Assembly (NCBI RefSeq): GCF_006345805.1
Contig: NC_043009.1
Coordinates: 21,204,001-21,268,000 of the forward strand
Reading direction: 5' to 3'
Origin: Octopus sinensis
Lineage: Eukaryota
Length of the DNA stretch: 64,000 bases
Made by a program: the position numbers and the translations under genes
The notes under the pieces: model-generated
Databases searched by the model: none
What the model was told of the DNA's origin: nothing
Seen by the model: the letters and a program-made list of their open reading frames with translations, nothing else
Shown: positions 62,110 through 64,000 of the stretch, piece by piece
Layout: every line of letters starts with the position of its first letter
Numbering within the stretch: position 1 is the first letter of the stretch

Positions 62110-62587
62110 AAAATCCTTAAAAAATCCTTTAAAATGTTTTAGCCCAAAGGCCGCGGCCATGCTGGGGCACCACCGCTGAATGAGCTACATTAATATGTGA
62201 ATCCACCTCTGATACGTGGCACTTGGTCAACAAAGGGAGTTCGATGCCGCTGCCCGCATCTGTGTCTCTTGTCGTGAGGTAGGTTCATCTGGGGCCCCCG
62301 ACAAGAAGAGATCCAGTTTAGTTTTAAAGAAACCCACATCCACACCATGCAAGTCTCTCAGGCATGTAGGGAGGATGTTAAAGAGCTGTGGTCCTCTGAA
62401 ACCCAAGCTGTTGCAGTATCTGGTCCTGCATTTTGATGTTGATGTTGGAATCTTTGGTACCATGAAGAGGCGGTTGGGGTAACTTTCAATGCCAAAGACC
62501 CTCCAAGATTTTCCAGATGTATTATATCACCGCATATCTCCCCTCCTTCGCTCTAGGGAGAAGTTTAATATTTTCAGTCTTTCCCAG
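62110..62587 (-). mobile_element. CR1/L2-group LINE 3' fragment
   Basis: Same 3' end and tail as 46000-46450. Inserted between (GT)n and (AT)n. Confidence 0.88.
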
Positions 62588-62675
<88 letters not shown>

Positions 62676-62689
62676 AATAAATATGAATA

Positions 62690-64000
62690 TATATGAAACC
62701 AACTTCAAAAATGAACACATATTCAACAACCCGTTCATAAAATTAAGTAAAACAAAACCAAATACTAACAGAACGGAACAACCACCAAGAAATCTAAACA
62801 CACTCTACACCAGAAAAATACATTTAAAACGCACCCCCACACTACCTACACCAACCCCAAAACACTTACAGGGGCCCACCACACCATTTCGAGAACCAAA
62901 GGGCTACAACATACAATTCTATGAAATACAATCCACATAACCAAACTAAGACTCCACCTCCAAACATCTACCCTAGGAACCAACCATACAAACCTAACAA
63001 ACAACAAATACAATACGGAAGAAACAACTATCAACACAATATACCTGATAAACTAAGACGGAACACGAGGTACAAAAACACACTACAAAACAGAGCACCA
63101 CAAACTCACTCTGAAAATTATAACAACAGGAGACAGATAAACAGTATTTTTGAACATAACTATACCAACCATTTTTTAGACCTAACACACAGGAACAGGG
63201 ATACACGATGGCAACGGACAAACAAAAGAAACCACAGGTAATTAAAATAATCAATCTCTCGAATAAAGAACTTACACCTAACGAAATAAGCATACTTTCC
63301 AAAGGACTTGAATTTACACCAACCCCACAACGTTCTAATTACCATGAAATGAAAGATGATATTTCGGAATTTTGTAGGAAACTAAGACTTGCCGAGGAAT
63401 TTCATGGCAAACAAATAGATGATGAATCAATAGCTAGAAACAACAGCGATTACACCCCTACCAAGGGAAAGAATAAAACCTTAGACCGCTATTGTGACTA
63501 CATAACTAATTTCCCTTTTCAATTCACCAAGAAACAAAAACACAGCCAAAATTTTAACAAAAGAGAATGGAATGACCTCATCAAACTAAGAGAAGACAAA
63601 GCAATAACAATTAAGGAGGCAGATAAGGGCAACGCGGTAGTATTAATGAATACAAACGATTATAAAAATTTAGTGCTATCCCTATTAAGAGATGAAACGT
63701 ATTATGAAAGGGCCCAACAGTATAATCAGCCAAAAATAATGTATAACCTCAGGACATTAATCAACACATACCGAGAAGGACTCACGGACAAGGAGTACGA
63801 ATACATCACTAACTTTAAGTGCAAATCAAGTTTGTTCTACGGTATCCCTAAAGTCCACAAAAGCCAAATAATTAGTGAAACGTGCAAAACATATACTCAT
63901 TAAAATCCCTTCACCAAATGATCTTAAACTTAGACCGATAATAGCAGGCCCAGCATGTGAAACTCACCGCCTCCGCAATTTCTTGGACACACTTCTTAAA
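62690..64000 (+). mobile_element. Penelope-like element 5' part (runs off the window), relative of 36300-39720
   Basis: IINLSNKELTPNEISILSKGLEFTPTP...ADKGNAVV...FYGIPKVHKS...RPIIAGPACETHRL, preceded by an AC-rich leader like 36300-36860. Confidence 0.88.

Overview
This is eukaryotic, AT-rich, repeat-saturated genomic DNA, not prokaryotic. The SINE types, the (GAT)n-tailed RTE family and the extreme (AT)n/(AC)n microsatellite density are most consistent with a cephalopod (Octopus-like) genome; that assignment is by recognition, not by search. I cannot support any intact host protein-coding gene, rRNA, tRNA or CRISPR array, and most ORFs in the supplied track are microsatellite or antisense artefacts. 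The window holds decayed mobile elements: RTE, CR1/L2-type and Tx1/L1-type LINEs, at least five Penelope-like element (PLE) remnants, CORE- and Meta-type SINEs, Tc1, mariner, hAT and Merlin relics, and foldback MITEs. A 100-N gap lies at 25105-25204. The most notable items are: (i) a 1665-bp ORF1-only (HAL1-like) retroposon with a 15-bp target-site duplication, whose ORF1 is homologous to that of the Tx1-type LINE at 51.7-56.1 kb; (ii) a set of type-I hammerhead ribozyme motifs (canonical, variant and decayed) attached to PLE repeats, one of them 5 bp from the target site of the ORF1-only element; (iii) a ~4.5-kb foldback palindrome with hammerheads at both ends; (iv) a full-length CR1/L2-type LINE whose ORF1 appears to combine a Myb/SANT-like domain with a CCCH finger.
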